Origin: Thecamonas trahens ATCC 50062
Taxonomy: Eukaryota > Protista > Apusomonadida
DNA: 64,000 nt
Assembly (NCBI RefSeq): GCF_000142905.1
Contig: NW_013657653.1
Location: 1-64,000 of the forward strand
Direction: 5' to 3'
Shown here: piece after piece, positions 45,167 to 55,324 of the stretch
How the letters are laid out: every line of letters starts with the position of its first letter
Position numbering within the stretch: position 1 is the first letter of the stretch
Program-made: the position numbers and the translations under genes
The notes under the pieces: generated by a model
Told to the model about the DNA's origin: nothing
Databases searched by the model: none
Seen by the model: the letters and a program-made list of their open reading frames with translations, nothing else

Positions 45167-46935
45167 CTAAACGCCGGCGCTCTCCACCGAGTCTTCCAAT
45201 GCGTACGGCTCCAGCGGCGCGGGAGTGACAGTCCGGCTCCGCAGGCTCTCCTCGTGCTCGGCAATAAACCGCTCGCGGACGGTGTTGGCCGAGACCTCCT
45301 GAATGAGGGTGAGCGAGTAGGACATGAGGCCAAGCGAGGCGAGCGCAAAGATGATGGTGATGCCGCGGCCGAGCTCGGTGCGTGGAACGAGGTCGCCGTA
45401 GCCGACGAGCGAGAGGGTGACTGCGGCGAGGTAGAAGGCATTGACCCAGGAGAAGCCCTCGATCCACATGAGCGCCACCGCGAGGGTGATGTACATAAAG
45501 GCGGCCACAGTGCCGGTGATCTGGAACTCGCGGACCCAGTTGTGCTGGTCCGGCGCGAGCGCCGACTGGACAAACGCCGATGTGGGGAAGACGTTGAGCG
45601 AGGACGAGAGCGGCGAGAGGATGTTGCGGAAGAAGACCGAGGGTCTGCGCGACGGCGAGCGCGGCGCAGCAGCGGCGACGAGCGCAGTGAGCGGCGCAGC
45701 AGCGGCGTCGCTGCCATCGTCACTCGCAAACGGCAAGCCGTCGAGCGCCTCCATGCTCGAGTCTGCCGAGTCGAGCTCGTCGACGACCCGGCCTCGGACG
45801 ACGGAAAAGTCGAGCTCGCGCTCGGCAGGCTCAGGCTCCGACTCGGGCGAGATGTCAGCCGACGACGGCCATGAGACCGGGCCAAGTGGGGCTGGGTCGA
45901 GGACAGCGGTGGGCGGCTCGCCGCGCGGCGAGAGGCCGAGCATGGCGTCGCGGGCCGAAAAGCGGCGGCGGTGGAGCGGATAGCGGCGACGGCGCCGATG
46001 AGCGAGAGCACGTAGCCGACCATGAGCATCGAGATAGAGACAAAGGCGAGCGAGATAAACTCGGAGGCAGGGGCCGACGGCGCAAGGTCGCCGTAGCCGA
46101 GCGTGGTCACCGTCTCTGCACAGAAGAACATCGAATCGAGGATCGACCACCGCTCGACTATGCAGAAGAAGACGACAGCAGTGACGTAGGTGCCGAAGAA
46201 AATGGCCAGGGCTCGCCGCAAGTGGCGGAGCTGGAACTGCGAGCGCGATTCATCGGCAGTGGCGGCGTCGGCGAGCGGCGACGAAACAAAGCGAGCCTTG
46301 AGCGAGCGCGAGAGGACTCGTTGGCCTGCGGCGAGGGTAAAGGAGAGCAGAGCGAGGCCAGCAAAGCCATAGACTACCAAGAGCATGCGCGCCCATGGGG
46401 TAGCGACAGCGATGGTGCCATAGCCGATGGCACAGAGGGTGGTGAGGGTGAAGAAGAGCGAGTGGGTCAGCGGCCAGCCCTCGATGAGGCCAAAGACCAA
46501 CGATCCGACCAGCCAGTAGACCATAAAGTACAAGCCATTGATGACAAGCTTCTTTGTCTCCAACGAAGCACGGTCCCAAGCCAGAGCCAATCTCTCCGGC
46601 ACGAGAGAGGTCCATAGCGTGGAGGGCGGACGAGGAGTTGGTCTCGCCACGACACCGGTCCTCACCGAGAGCAATGAAGATCTCACGGAAGAGTCTGAGA
46701 TACGCAACGAGTAACCAACCGCCAAGATGGAAGCCAATATATATGGAATGACCAAGATCTTGCCCAGAGTACTGGTGACGACGACATCGCCAAAGCCCGT
46801 AGTGGTCATGGTAGCATACGCGAAGTACAGTCCCGTGTCCAGACTCCAACCCTCCACACCAGCAAAGACCAATCCTCCTCCAAAGAACAGTCCACAGAGA
46901 AGACATGCATCACTCACACATTCTCTTCCTCTCAT
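45167..46935 (-). CDS. Potassium channel with four TM-pore-TM modules (8TM/4P); frameshift at about 45958-45961
   Basis: Four selectivity-filter motifs, each flanked by two TM helices: TTTGFGD, CAIGYGT and TTLGYGD in ORF 45118..46947, and SLVGYGD in ORF 45167..46150. Confidence 0.8.
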
Positions 46936-47115
46936 ACTTTCCACCACTCTCCGTCACAAAGTCGTGTGCCTATCCCTGTCCCTGTCCCCGTCACCGTCAC
47001 AACTCATCCTCGCCGCTTTCGGCTTGACCTGATCATCATCACATTCCCAGATTGATGGCATCGTCTCGCAGGTTGAGGGCATGGGAGGTTGACGTTGGCT
47101 GGCTGCCGTGGGCCA

Positions 47116-47333
47116 TCATACCGCATCGCACCGTACCGTACCGTACCACATCGTGCCATTCTACATCGAACCATACCGCATCGAACCATGCCGCATCGAA
47201 CCATACCGCATCGAACCATACCGCATCGAACCATACCGCATCGTGCCATACCGCATCGTGCCATACCGCATCGCTCCATACCGCATCGAACCATACCGCA
47301 TCGAACCATACCGCATCGAACCATACCGCATCA
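47116..47333. repeat. 15-bp minisatellite (CCATACCGCATCGAA)n, about 11 good plus 3 degenerate units
   Basis: Units start at 47171, 47186 ... 47321 with no spacers. Flanked by 28-bp direct repeats at 47048-47075 and 47361-47388. Confidence 0.92.
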
Positions 47334-47530
47334 CCGTCACAGGCACCGGCACCGCATTCGCAGATTGATGGCATCGTCTCGCGGGTTGTGCAGATGGCGC
47401 CGTCTCGCGGGTTGAGCAAAGCCCAGTTACATGGTTCTGGTGATTGCTCCCCCACCTCTCCATCCCTCCTCCCCCCATCTCGACCTGATCTCGACCAGCC
47501 GCCTACCCGCACACGTATCTCTCTCACACC

Positions 47531-48379
47531 ATGTTCCGCACACTCGCCACACTACCTTCTGCCGCCATTGCCCGATCAATCACATCACAGTCATCAAGAC
47601 CATGGTCATCATGGTCATCGTGGTCATCATGGTCATCACGGCTGCGTCTGACAACACCTCGTCGAGCCACACACTCATCGCCGCATCAACCAATGTCTGT
47701 GGAGAGCCTCGAGGGACGCAAGTGCTACGAGTTTGGCGCAGCGCCAGGACTGACTGCCGAGCAGATTGAGGCCATGCTTGGCCAGCTGGATGATGGCTGG
47801 AAGGTTGTCGACGTCGATGGCTCGAACCGGATCCGCCGCGAGTGGAAGGTCAAGGACTTTATGACTGTACGCATGCCCGACATATAGTTGTATTCGGTCC
47901 ACTACATGCACATGGTGGTAGTACATGCTCTTGTATCTCTACTTTTTGCATTGGTTGTCTTCCTTTGTCTACCATGCTCTCTACAGCCCCGCCGCAAAGC
48001 TGCTGGTCGCGCCCGCCCGTCGCGGTCGCCGGGTGTCGGCCAGGTGGCGGTGGCCAGCGGGGAACGGTGGAGGGGGGAGGGGGGGGGGGGGGGGCATGGT
48101 TTTTTTTATCGGTTGCGACGAAGACGGCACTGTGGGGGACTTACAAGGTACTGCGTGATAATGGTACTTGGGGGGGGGGGGGGGGGGGGGTAGGGACTTG
48201 AGTTTTTCCAGCGCGTGGCTGTCATCGCCGAGGAGCAGGGCCATCATCCGGACCTTCATCTGGTTGGCTACCACAACGTCACCATCGAGATGTGGACCCA
48301 CACTACCAACGGGCTCTCGGACAACGACTTTATCGTTGCTTACCTCATCGATAAGCTCGAGGCTCCGGCGTCGGCGTAA
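47531..48379 (+). CDS. PCBD: Pterin-4-alpha-carbinolamine dehydratase with probable mitochondrial transit peptide; join(47531..47866,48194..48379)
   Basis: Spliced product ...REWKVKDFMT/GLEFFQRVAVIAEEQGHHPDLHLVGYHNVTIEMWTHTTNGLSDNDFIVA contains the HHPD and WTH.GLS.ND motifs. The R/S-rich N-terminus lacks acidic residues. Intron GTACGC...TAG. Confidence 0.92.
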
Positions 48380-48565
48380 GGGCAAAGTAAACCAGCTCGT
48401 TCACTCCCTCAGTCAGTGGCTGGCTTGTGAGCTCAACACGGTTTACGGCTACCGCGGCTACCACGGTTGGGCCATCCTTGTCGTCGACACAAGTCATCGG
48501 CAGCGGCAGCAGCAGTAGCATTAGCGGCCAGCATAATAGAGTGGAAGCAAAGTAGTGCACGGGTG

Positions 48566-50617
48566 CTACAGACCCGAGCCATCGGCCTTGGATGAGAGGA
48601 GCGAGAGGAGCGAGAGGACGACCCGCTTGTAGACCCACGAGTCACCGACCAGCCGCTTGAGACGGAGGCCGTTGAGGGCGAGCCGCTCCAGCTTGCAGAT
48701 CTCGATCTCAAACCGGACCGTGTTGCCGTTGGCCGACGACTCACAGGTAAAGATGTAGTTGTCGCGGGTATATGAGGTGTCAGTCGACTCGAGGACGCGG
48801 ACGAGCTCGATGACCATCTCCTCGGGCGACTTGGAGCTTGTAGTGGCGACCGAGAACGGGCCCTTGACCACACGGAGACCGGCCACGTTCTCCTTCTTCT
48901 TCGGCTTGCCCGACATCGACGACAGCGCAGCGTCGAGCGAGAACCGGCGCCCGCTGCGCGACCGTGCTGCCGCCGCCCGTGCTGCCGCCGCCGCCATCGC
49001 CGCGTCGGCTGCCGCGTCGGCGAGCTCGAGGTCGCCGTTGGCGTTGACCGACCCGTCGAGCTCGGGCACGTGGAGCGACGGCCGCGGCGACGCACCCGAC
49101 GCCGCTGACGAGCCCGAGCCGGCGCCGTCGAGCGCCGCAAGCTTGAGCTTGTGCTTGGCCTTGGACTTGGATTTGGACTTGGACTTGGACTTGGACTTGG
49201 ACCTGCCCGACGACCGCGATCGCGACCGCGACGAGTCGGACGACCTCGGCGACGCCGCCGGCGAGTCGGGCGCATTGACACTGGTGCGCGCAGCGAGCAC
49301 CGTCGCCCGCCGCGCCGCCTCGGCGTGCGACGCCTGTGTCCCCACTGCAATCGAGTGCCGCCGCCGCTTACGCGGCACAGGCTGCGGCGTCGGCACCGCC
49401 GGAGCCATGGCTCGGTCGCTGCCCGGGCGCGGCGACGTCGCCGCCGACGAGTCGCCAGACTCGGAAATCGGCTGCAGCGAGAGCCGCTTGGCGTCCGAGC
49501 CGCGCCGCCGCGAGCCGCGCAGCGAGTGCGCGTTCGCCGAGAGCTGTGCCCGCAGCGACTCGGCCCGCCGCACATCGTGGCTCCGCTTCTCCACCACCAG
49601 GTGGTACGCCGCCGTCGCCAGGCACGCCTCGTTGTTGAGCACCTGAGCCTTGACGTGCTCCGCAGAAAAGCCCATGGCCTCGAGCTCCTCCACCACACTC
49701 GTGTCAATCTCGGTCACAGGATCGCGCGCAGAGAGGTGTGTGTCGGGTGGGCCACCAAAGCCCTCGGTCACCCACGGATGGTTCATGATCTCGTCCATGT
49801 CTGCACGCCCGTCCGGCGACGTCACAAGCATCCGAGAAATAAGGTCCTTGACAGAGTCCGAGAGGAAGAACGGGCACTTGTACTTGCCCTTGACAATCTT
49901 CGAGTACAGCTTGTTGACATTGGCATCATCAAAAGGAAGGAAGCCGCAGACGAGCGCAAACAGGATGACGCCCAGCGACCAGATGTCCACCTTGGGCCCG
50001 CGGTAGTGCTCGCCCATCACCATCTCGGGCGCAGCGTACGCCGGCGAGCCGCAGAACGTCTTCATCAGCTCGTCCTCCCGGAACGTGTTCGAGAACCCAA
50101 AGTCGATGATCTTGATCTTCAGATCCTTGTCCAGCAGCAGGTTCTCTGGCTTGAGGTCGCGATGGATGAAAAAGTTGGTGTGGCAGTAGTTCACCGCAGA
50201 GATGATCTGCCGGAAAAACAGCCGCGCCTCCTTCTCGCGCACCCGCTTGTGCGCCACAATGTAGTCAAAGAGCTCGCCACCGGGCGCGTGCTCCAGCACC
50301 AGGTAGATGTGCTTGTCCGTGTTGACCACCTCGTACATCTGCGCAATGTGCGGGTGCCGCACAAGTGTCAGCACCTTGATCTCGCGCTGTGCCCGCTTCA
50401 TGTCCTCCACCTTGCGCAGCCGCTTCTTCTCCAGAATCTTGACCGCAACCTTCTCCGACGTGTGAATGTTGACCGCGAGCTTGACCTTGCCAAACGAGCC
50501 CTCACCGAGCGTCTTGAGAAACTTGTAGTCCATCGCAAACTCGGTTGGGTCCATCGACCCGCGCCGAGTCGACACAGACTCGAGTCCGAGCACAGCTTGC
50601 GCTGCTGCTTGAGCCAT
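48566..50617 (-). CDS. MARK/Par-1/Kin1-type AMPK-related Ser/Thr kinase with UBA and KA1 domains
   Basis: GEGSFGKVK, HRDLKPEN, DFG and TFCGSPAYAAPE; UBA-like VVEELEAMGF; C-terminal KA1 domain (TTSSKSPEEM...RFEIEICKL...KRLVGDSWVYK). Confidence 0.93.
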   Translation of the reverse strand: MAQAAAQAVLGLESVSTRRGSMDPTEFAMDYKFLKTLGEGSFGKVKLAVNIHTSEKVAVKILEKKRLRKVEDMKRAQREIKVLTLVRHPHIAQMYEVVNTDKHIYLVLEHAPGGELFDYIVAHKRVREKEARLFFRQIISAVNYCHTNFFIHRDLKPENLLLDKDLKIKIIDFGFSNTFREDELMKTFCGSPAYAAPEMVMGEHYRGPKVDIWSLGVILFALVCGFLPFDDANVNKLYSKIVKGKYKCPFFLSDSVKDLISRMLVTSPDGRADMDEIMNHPWVTEGFGGPPDTHLSARDPVTEIDTSVVEELEAMGFSAEHVKAQVLNNEACLATAAYHLVVEKRSHDVRRAESLRAQLSANAHSLRGSRRRGSDAKRLSLQPISESGDSSAATSPRPGSDRAMAPAVPTPQPVPRKRRRHSIAVGTQASHAEAARRATVLAARTSVNAPDSPAASPRSSDSSRSRSRSSGRSKSKSKSKSKSKSKAKHKLKLAALDGAGSGSSAASGASPRPSLHVPELDGSVNANGDLELADAAADAAMAAAAARAAAARSRSGRRFSLDAALSSMSGKPKKKENVAGLRVVKGPFSVATTSSKSPEEMVIELVRVLESTDTSYTRDNYIFTCESSANGNTVRFEIEICKLERLALNGLRLKRLVGDSWVYKRVVLSLLSLLSSKADGSGL

Positions 50618-51414
50618 GCTTTTTGCCTCGGTGCCCTGTGCGGTACCTTGCTTGCCTCTACTCCTTCGTTGGAAAGGAAACCTCACGGAACTCGTTCTCC
50701 GTCTTGTTGTCTTACGTCTCTCTTCTCCTGCGACTGGAGAGAGGGTGGTGGCGGTGGTGGTGGGAAGGGGGAAGGGGTTGAGTGAGTGGAGGTCTGAATG
50801 TGATCGTTTGTGAGTAGTCCCAATGGTCCCAATATCCCGAAAAATTGGTCGAGTGACCAGGTGGCAGGAACAAACCGAAATGGATCCAGACACACCAATT
50901 TTTTGCACACAAATCACGGTCATACTCTTTCTCCTCGCTCTGCATATGGTACGCAGTTTGTGATGAGGGGAGCTAATAAAAAAGTGGACAAGCATGGAGT
51001 TGCAGTGCTACATCGAATGGCGCCTGCTAACTATCATAGAGCTGGCTGCCAGATAGGAATGTGCACACGAGGTGACAGATAGTGTGGCAGACTGCTGGGG
51101 CATATATTTTTTTGACAATTCCTTTCAGACATTGCCACATCCGAATCCGGCAACCAAAGCTTGGCTCGTTGCAGAGAGCCGCAGGCACTCGGTAGCTTCA
51201 GGGAGGAAGGGCAGGGCATGGTAACGGGAGATTAGCAAAGGGTCAGGGACCAAGCAACCAGCATGGGTAATGGAGATAACAGAAGAGATTAGGTAGGTGT
51301 AGTACTGACAGGTAGAACTGTTGGCTTGCGTACCGTAGAGACAAGGGGTGCCGTGGCTTTTAAGCGTGGGCCGCCACCAAAAGCCGTCAAGGCTCCGAAA
51401 GTGGTGTGTGGCAT

Positions 51415-52020
51415 TTAACCAGTTCCATTACAGAATGGACATATTTGACCATCGCGCAAGCCGCGCTCCGAGACGCTCCACAGACGTCGCAACGTCCATG
51501 GATTGTTGTAAGAGAGCAGTACAATGTGATAGTGGCTGCTACAACAGAACACAGTCGGCGATGCAGAGATGGACGCCGCACGCGGCGCAAAAGGTCCGCG
51601 GCCGCGATCGCTTGCTATGAAGCTTCCGGCAGGCGAGGCAGTCGCATCGCAGAGCGGCTTGTTGGGGAGAGTGGTGATGACGAGCAGCCGCTGCAGAGGG
51701 ACGCTTCCGCTTGCGCGACGGCGTGGAGCTGACGGCGTCGGCGCCGGCGGCGAGGGCGTCGATGATGTCGCAGATAAAAGCCACGCGAATCATGGCAGGG
51801 CGTGGGCTAACGTTGACCTTGTGGTAGCACATGGCCAGCGAACAATTTGCTCTAGCCAGAGCACGGTGTTGCCGGGTGGGTGCGGACATGCACGTGGCCA
51901 ATGCACGCCACCGTGGCGCACCGTGGGGAACCACCACCGCGATCTCTCCCCATCACCCACGCCACAACACAGCCCACAAGCCCCACAAGTTGTACAGATC
52001 CTGGCTGTGACAAGACTGGT
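51415..52020 (-). mobile_element. Degenerate piggyBac-like transposase C-terminal remnant
   Basis: In minus-strand order across shifting frames: DLYNLWG, RSRWWF, FICDIIDAL, then the Cys-rich RCDCLACRK...RPRTFCAACGVHLC (piggyBac CRD-like). TTAA at 51415-51418 lies downstream. No matching terminal repeat was found. Confidence 0.4.
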
Positions 52021-52191
52021 GAAATACAACCAATTCAGGCACTGCCCGTCACGGCGTCGCTCGGTTGCAGTCCATCGCCGGCGCTCACCGCGGCAGAGAC
52101 TGAGGTAGCCATCGTAGCTGCACACACTTGTCACTCGCTCATCCTCAATCATCCCGCGGCGAGACTGTCTCGTGTTTGAGTACTTGGCGCC

Positions 52192-53640
52192 ATGGTTGAC
52201 ATATCCGAGCTCAGCCGACATGGCGGTGGTGGGGGCCGGGTGTGGGACGGGACCGAGGCCGGCGAGCTGGAGATGGCGTCGGCAGCGCCGAGTTGGCGGC
52301 TCATCGCCCGCAACGCGGTGCATGCGATCGGGAGTGCTATTGGCTTGACGAGTGAAAGCCGACGGCGTGACCCTGCCAGTCTGGGCCATGTTCTTGTTCT
52401 GGGCCTCCATGGATGGGCTCTGGCGGGCAACCGGCTCGCGTGGCTCCTCCCGGGCACCCGGACCCAGCCGTCTGCTCCGCTGGTCGAGGCATTTGCCGAC
52501 GCCCTAGTCCGCCATCCGGCAGCCGATCCGCCGCCTACCGTCACCACTGTAGCGCTTGATGGACATGGAACGATTGCAGCGCGGGTGGAGATGGCCAAGG
52601 CGCTGCTCTGGGCCGAGTACGACGACGAGCTCCGGCGGGCGTCTGCCGTCGTCATCGTCTCACACTCGCAGGGCGCGCCCGTCGCCGTTCTCCTCCTCGA
52701 CGCGCTGCTCCAGGCAGGCCTGCTCCGGCCACAGAGCCAGCACGTGGGTCTGGTGACTCTCGCCGGCTTGCACGCGGGGACTTCGCTGGCTACCCTTGGC
52801 CCGCGGCTCATCCGCGAGGTCTCCCGGCTTGACGCGCCAACCTCGGAGCTCTTCGACATGGCCGTCCTCGACTCGGCGCCGTACCTGGCCTACGAGGAGG
52901 CGGCTGGGCGAGTACTCGCTGCAGGCACCGTGGCAGTGTGTGTGGCGTCTGCGGGCGACTCGCTGGTGGCGGCCGATGCGGCGCTGATGCCGCACTTTTC
53001 CTCGCCGCGGCTCTGGCGCGTCCTCTTTGCCAGCCATCTCCCGCTTGCCTGGCCGCTGGCCCTTGCCGAGCTCCTTGTCGCTGCCGCCAACGCCTTGCGC
53101 GACTCGGCTTCGCCGCGCCTCAGGCTCGTTCTCGACGCGCTCGCTGCCATCAATCCGTACTTGCCCACCCGATCGCTCGGCGCACACTCAGCGGTCTACA
53201 ACGAGCCGCTTGTCTACGAGCGTGCCGTCGCTTGGCTCCTCAAGTGCATGGTCGAGGCTCCACCCCAGCCGGCCGACGTCGACGCAGCTCGGCTCCAGCC
53301 GCGGCCGCGCGCTGCCATTGAGGCCGTCGCCACCCCGCACGCTGCCGGCATCGCTCATCGCCGTGCGCAGACCGTCGTCGCTGCCCTCCGCGACCTCCTC
53401 AGCCTCAAGGCCTGGCGCCATGCCGTCTCTGCCCTCTGGGCCTCGCACAGCTCGTGGTCGCCGCCATCGCGCACCGCCGCTGACTTTCACCAGGCCCTCG
53501 CGGTCTACTGGGACCATGCCAGCCGTCTCGAGGCCGCCGCCACCGCCCAGGCCACCCGTCAGCACCGTGGCGGCATTGGCGCTGCCGTCACCTCGTTTCT
53601 CGCCCCACTCACGCCATCGTTTATCTGGTCTCGCCTGTAA
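52192..53640 (+). CDS. Alpha/beta-hydrolase-fold protein, yeast YML020W-like; C-terminal SRL (PTS1-like)
   Basis: Nucleophile elbow VIVSHSQGAPV; VLGLHGW, ALDGHGTIAARV, LAGLHAG, ASAGDSLV and GAHSAVYNEPLVY. The protein ends in WSRL. Confidence 0.7.
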   Translation: MVDISELSRHGGGGGRVWDGTEAGELEMASAAPSWRLIARNAVHAIGSAIGLTSESRRRDPASLGHVLVLGLHGWALAGNRLAWLLPGTRTQPSAPLVEAFADALVRHPAADPPPTVTTVALDGHGTIAARVEMAKALLWAEYDDELRRASAVVIVSHSQGAPVAVLLLDALLQAGLLRPQSQHVGLVTLAGLHAGTSLATLGPRLIREVSRLDAPTSELFDMAVLDSAPYLAYEEAAGRVLAAGTVAVCVASAGDSLVAADAALMPHFSSPRLWRVLFASHLPLAWPLALAELLVAAANALRDSASPRLRLVLDALAAINPYLPTRSLGAHSAVYNEPLVYERAVAWLLKCMVEAPPQPADVDAARLQPRPRAAIEAVATPHAAGIAHRRAQTVVAALRDLLSLKAWRHAVSALWASHSSWSPPSRTAADFHQALAVYWDHASRLEAAATAQATRQHRGGIGAAVTSFLAPLTPSFIWSRL

Positions 53641-53951
53641 TCGCCGCACCAACTACCGACCACCATCGCCCGACCTACCACGACATCTCGCCATCAGCAC
53701 GCCGCAGTACGTGATGCCCAAGCAAACTGTACCGAACAACAACCTGTCCTCGCCGAGTCACTGGTCCGCGAGGCATCTGATCACCACCGAAACAACGCAG
53801 TGGCCAGGCAAGGCGACCGAGGAAGCGGCGGGGACCGAATTGAGCTGACGACCGGCTCGAGCAACTGAGCTCGAGCTTGAGCTCGGAAGCGCACGAGAGC
53901 GGAGAGGTCGAAGAGGACGACCACCCCTCTTACCTCTTTTCTACTTGAACT

Positions 53952-54098
53952 ATGTCTGCTCGTAACCTTGTTGTCGTCTTTGGCGGTGCTGGCCAGCTCG
54001 GTGCTGCCGTTGTGGAGGCCTTCAACGCTGCCTCGTTCACCACGGTCGCCATTGACATCCGTGAGAACGGTACGGACTGCGACAAGAGCCACTGATCA

Positions 54099-54154
<56 letters not shown>

Positions 54155-55223
54155 CGNNNNNNNNNNNNNNNNNNNNNNNNNNNNNNNNNNNNNNNNNNNN
54201 NNNNNNNNNNNNNNNNNNNNNNNNNNNNNNNNNNNNNNNNNNNNNNNNNNNNNNNNNNNNNNNNNNNNNNNNNNNNNNNNNNNNNNNNNNNNNNNNNNNN
54301 NNNNNNNNNNNNNNNNNNNNNNNNNNNNNNNNNNNNNNNNNNNNNNNNNNNNNNNNNNNNNNNNNNNNNNNNNNNNNNNNNNNNNNNNNNNNNNNNNNNN
54401 NNNNNNNNNNNNNNNNNNNNNNNNNNNNNNNNNNNNNNNNNNNNNNNNNNNNNNNNNNNNNNNNNNNNNNNNNNNNNNNNNNNNNNNNNNNNNNNNNNNN
54501 NNNNNNNNNNNNNNNNNNNNNGGCAACGAGTGCGAGTCATCCGGGGGGGGATCGACTTACTGTGGCTTTTATGGACATTGTGGCCGTGCGATGTGGGGCG
54601 GCGCCGTGCGATGTGGGGCGGCGACGACGACGATAATGATGATGATGGTGCGATGCGCAGAGGCTGCGACGGTGAACCTTAAGATCGACCTCTCGGCGAC
54701 CGAGGAGGAGAAGGCGGCTGCGCTGTCTGCTGGCCTCGCGGCGCATGTTGCCGAGAGCGGCGACGTGGTCAAGTCTGTGGTGTGCGTGGCCGGCGGGTGG
54801 TGCGGCGGCGCCATCAAGTCGTCCGAGGTCTTCAAGCAGACCGACATGATGTGGTCGCGGAACGTGTCGTCGGCGATCATGGCGGGCCACATTGCGGCAA
54901 ACCACCTTGCTGAGGACGGCTCGCTGGTTCTCACCGGTGCGCAGGCCGGGCTCAGCGCGACCCCGGGCATGATCGGGTACGGCGTGGCCAAGGCTGCCAC
55001 GATCCAGCTTGTGTCGTCGCTTGCTGCCGAGGGCTCGGGCCTCCCGGCCAACACCTTTGTTGGCTGCATCATGCCGCAGACGCTGGACACGGCGACGAAC
55101 CGCAAGGCGATGCCCGACGCTGACTTTTCGCAGTGGACCCCGCTCGCCACCGTTGCCGACCTGCTCGTCAACTGGGCCAACGGCAACGACCGCCCGGCCT
55201 CGGGCTCGCTCACCAACGTCTAA
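53952..55223 (+). CDS. QDPR: Dihydropteridine reductase; join(53952..54069,54661..55223)
   Basis: Rossmann motif VVFGGAGQLG; CVAGGW.GG, TPGMIGYGVAKAA and LDTATNRKAMPDADFSQWTP. The phase-1 intron GTACGG...CAG spans a (CA)n tract and the N gap. Confidence 0.93.
54098..54152. repeat. (CA)n microsatellite abutting the assembly gap
   Basis: About 27 CA units directly before the N run. Confidence 0.95.
54157..54521. other. Assembly gap (365 N) inside the QDPR intron
   Basis: Run of n characters. Confidence 0.99.
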
Positions 55224-55324
55224 GCTTGCGCGTAGGCACACCACTTGGGCTGCACGCATAAACGGTTGTTCATTGTTGCCAGGCCAGACAGGAGGCCGGG
55301 CGGCTGGTGGGGACAAGCAGCAGA

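Noticed and set aside
47116-47333. CRISPR-like array, or the repetitive ORFs (DAVWF/MVRCG/IEPYR repeats)
   Set aside because: Units are directly adjacent with no unique spacers and no cas genes nearby. The ORFs in all frames are by-products of a stop-free 15-mer.
49151-50785. Long antisense and alternative-frame ORFs (also 8824..10464, 3480..4778, 28842..30317 and many others)
   Set aside because: These are shadows of real genes. High GC3 makes stop codons rare in the other frames, and the translations are Arg/Ala/Ser-rich with no motifs.
53930-54636. ORFs spanning the N run
   Set aside because: Artefacts of the assembly gap and the (CA)n repeat; the region is the QDPR intron.
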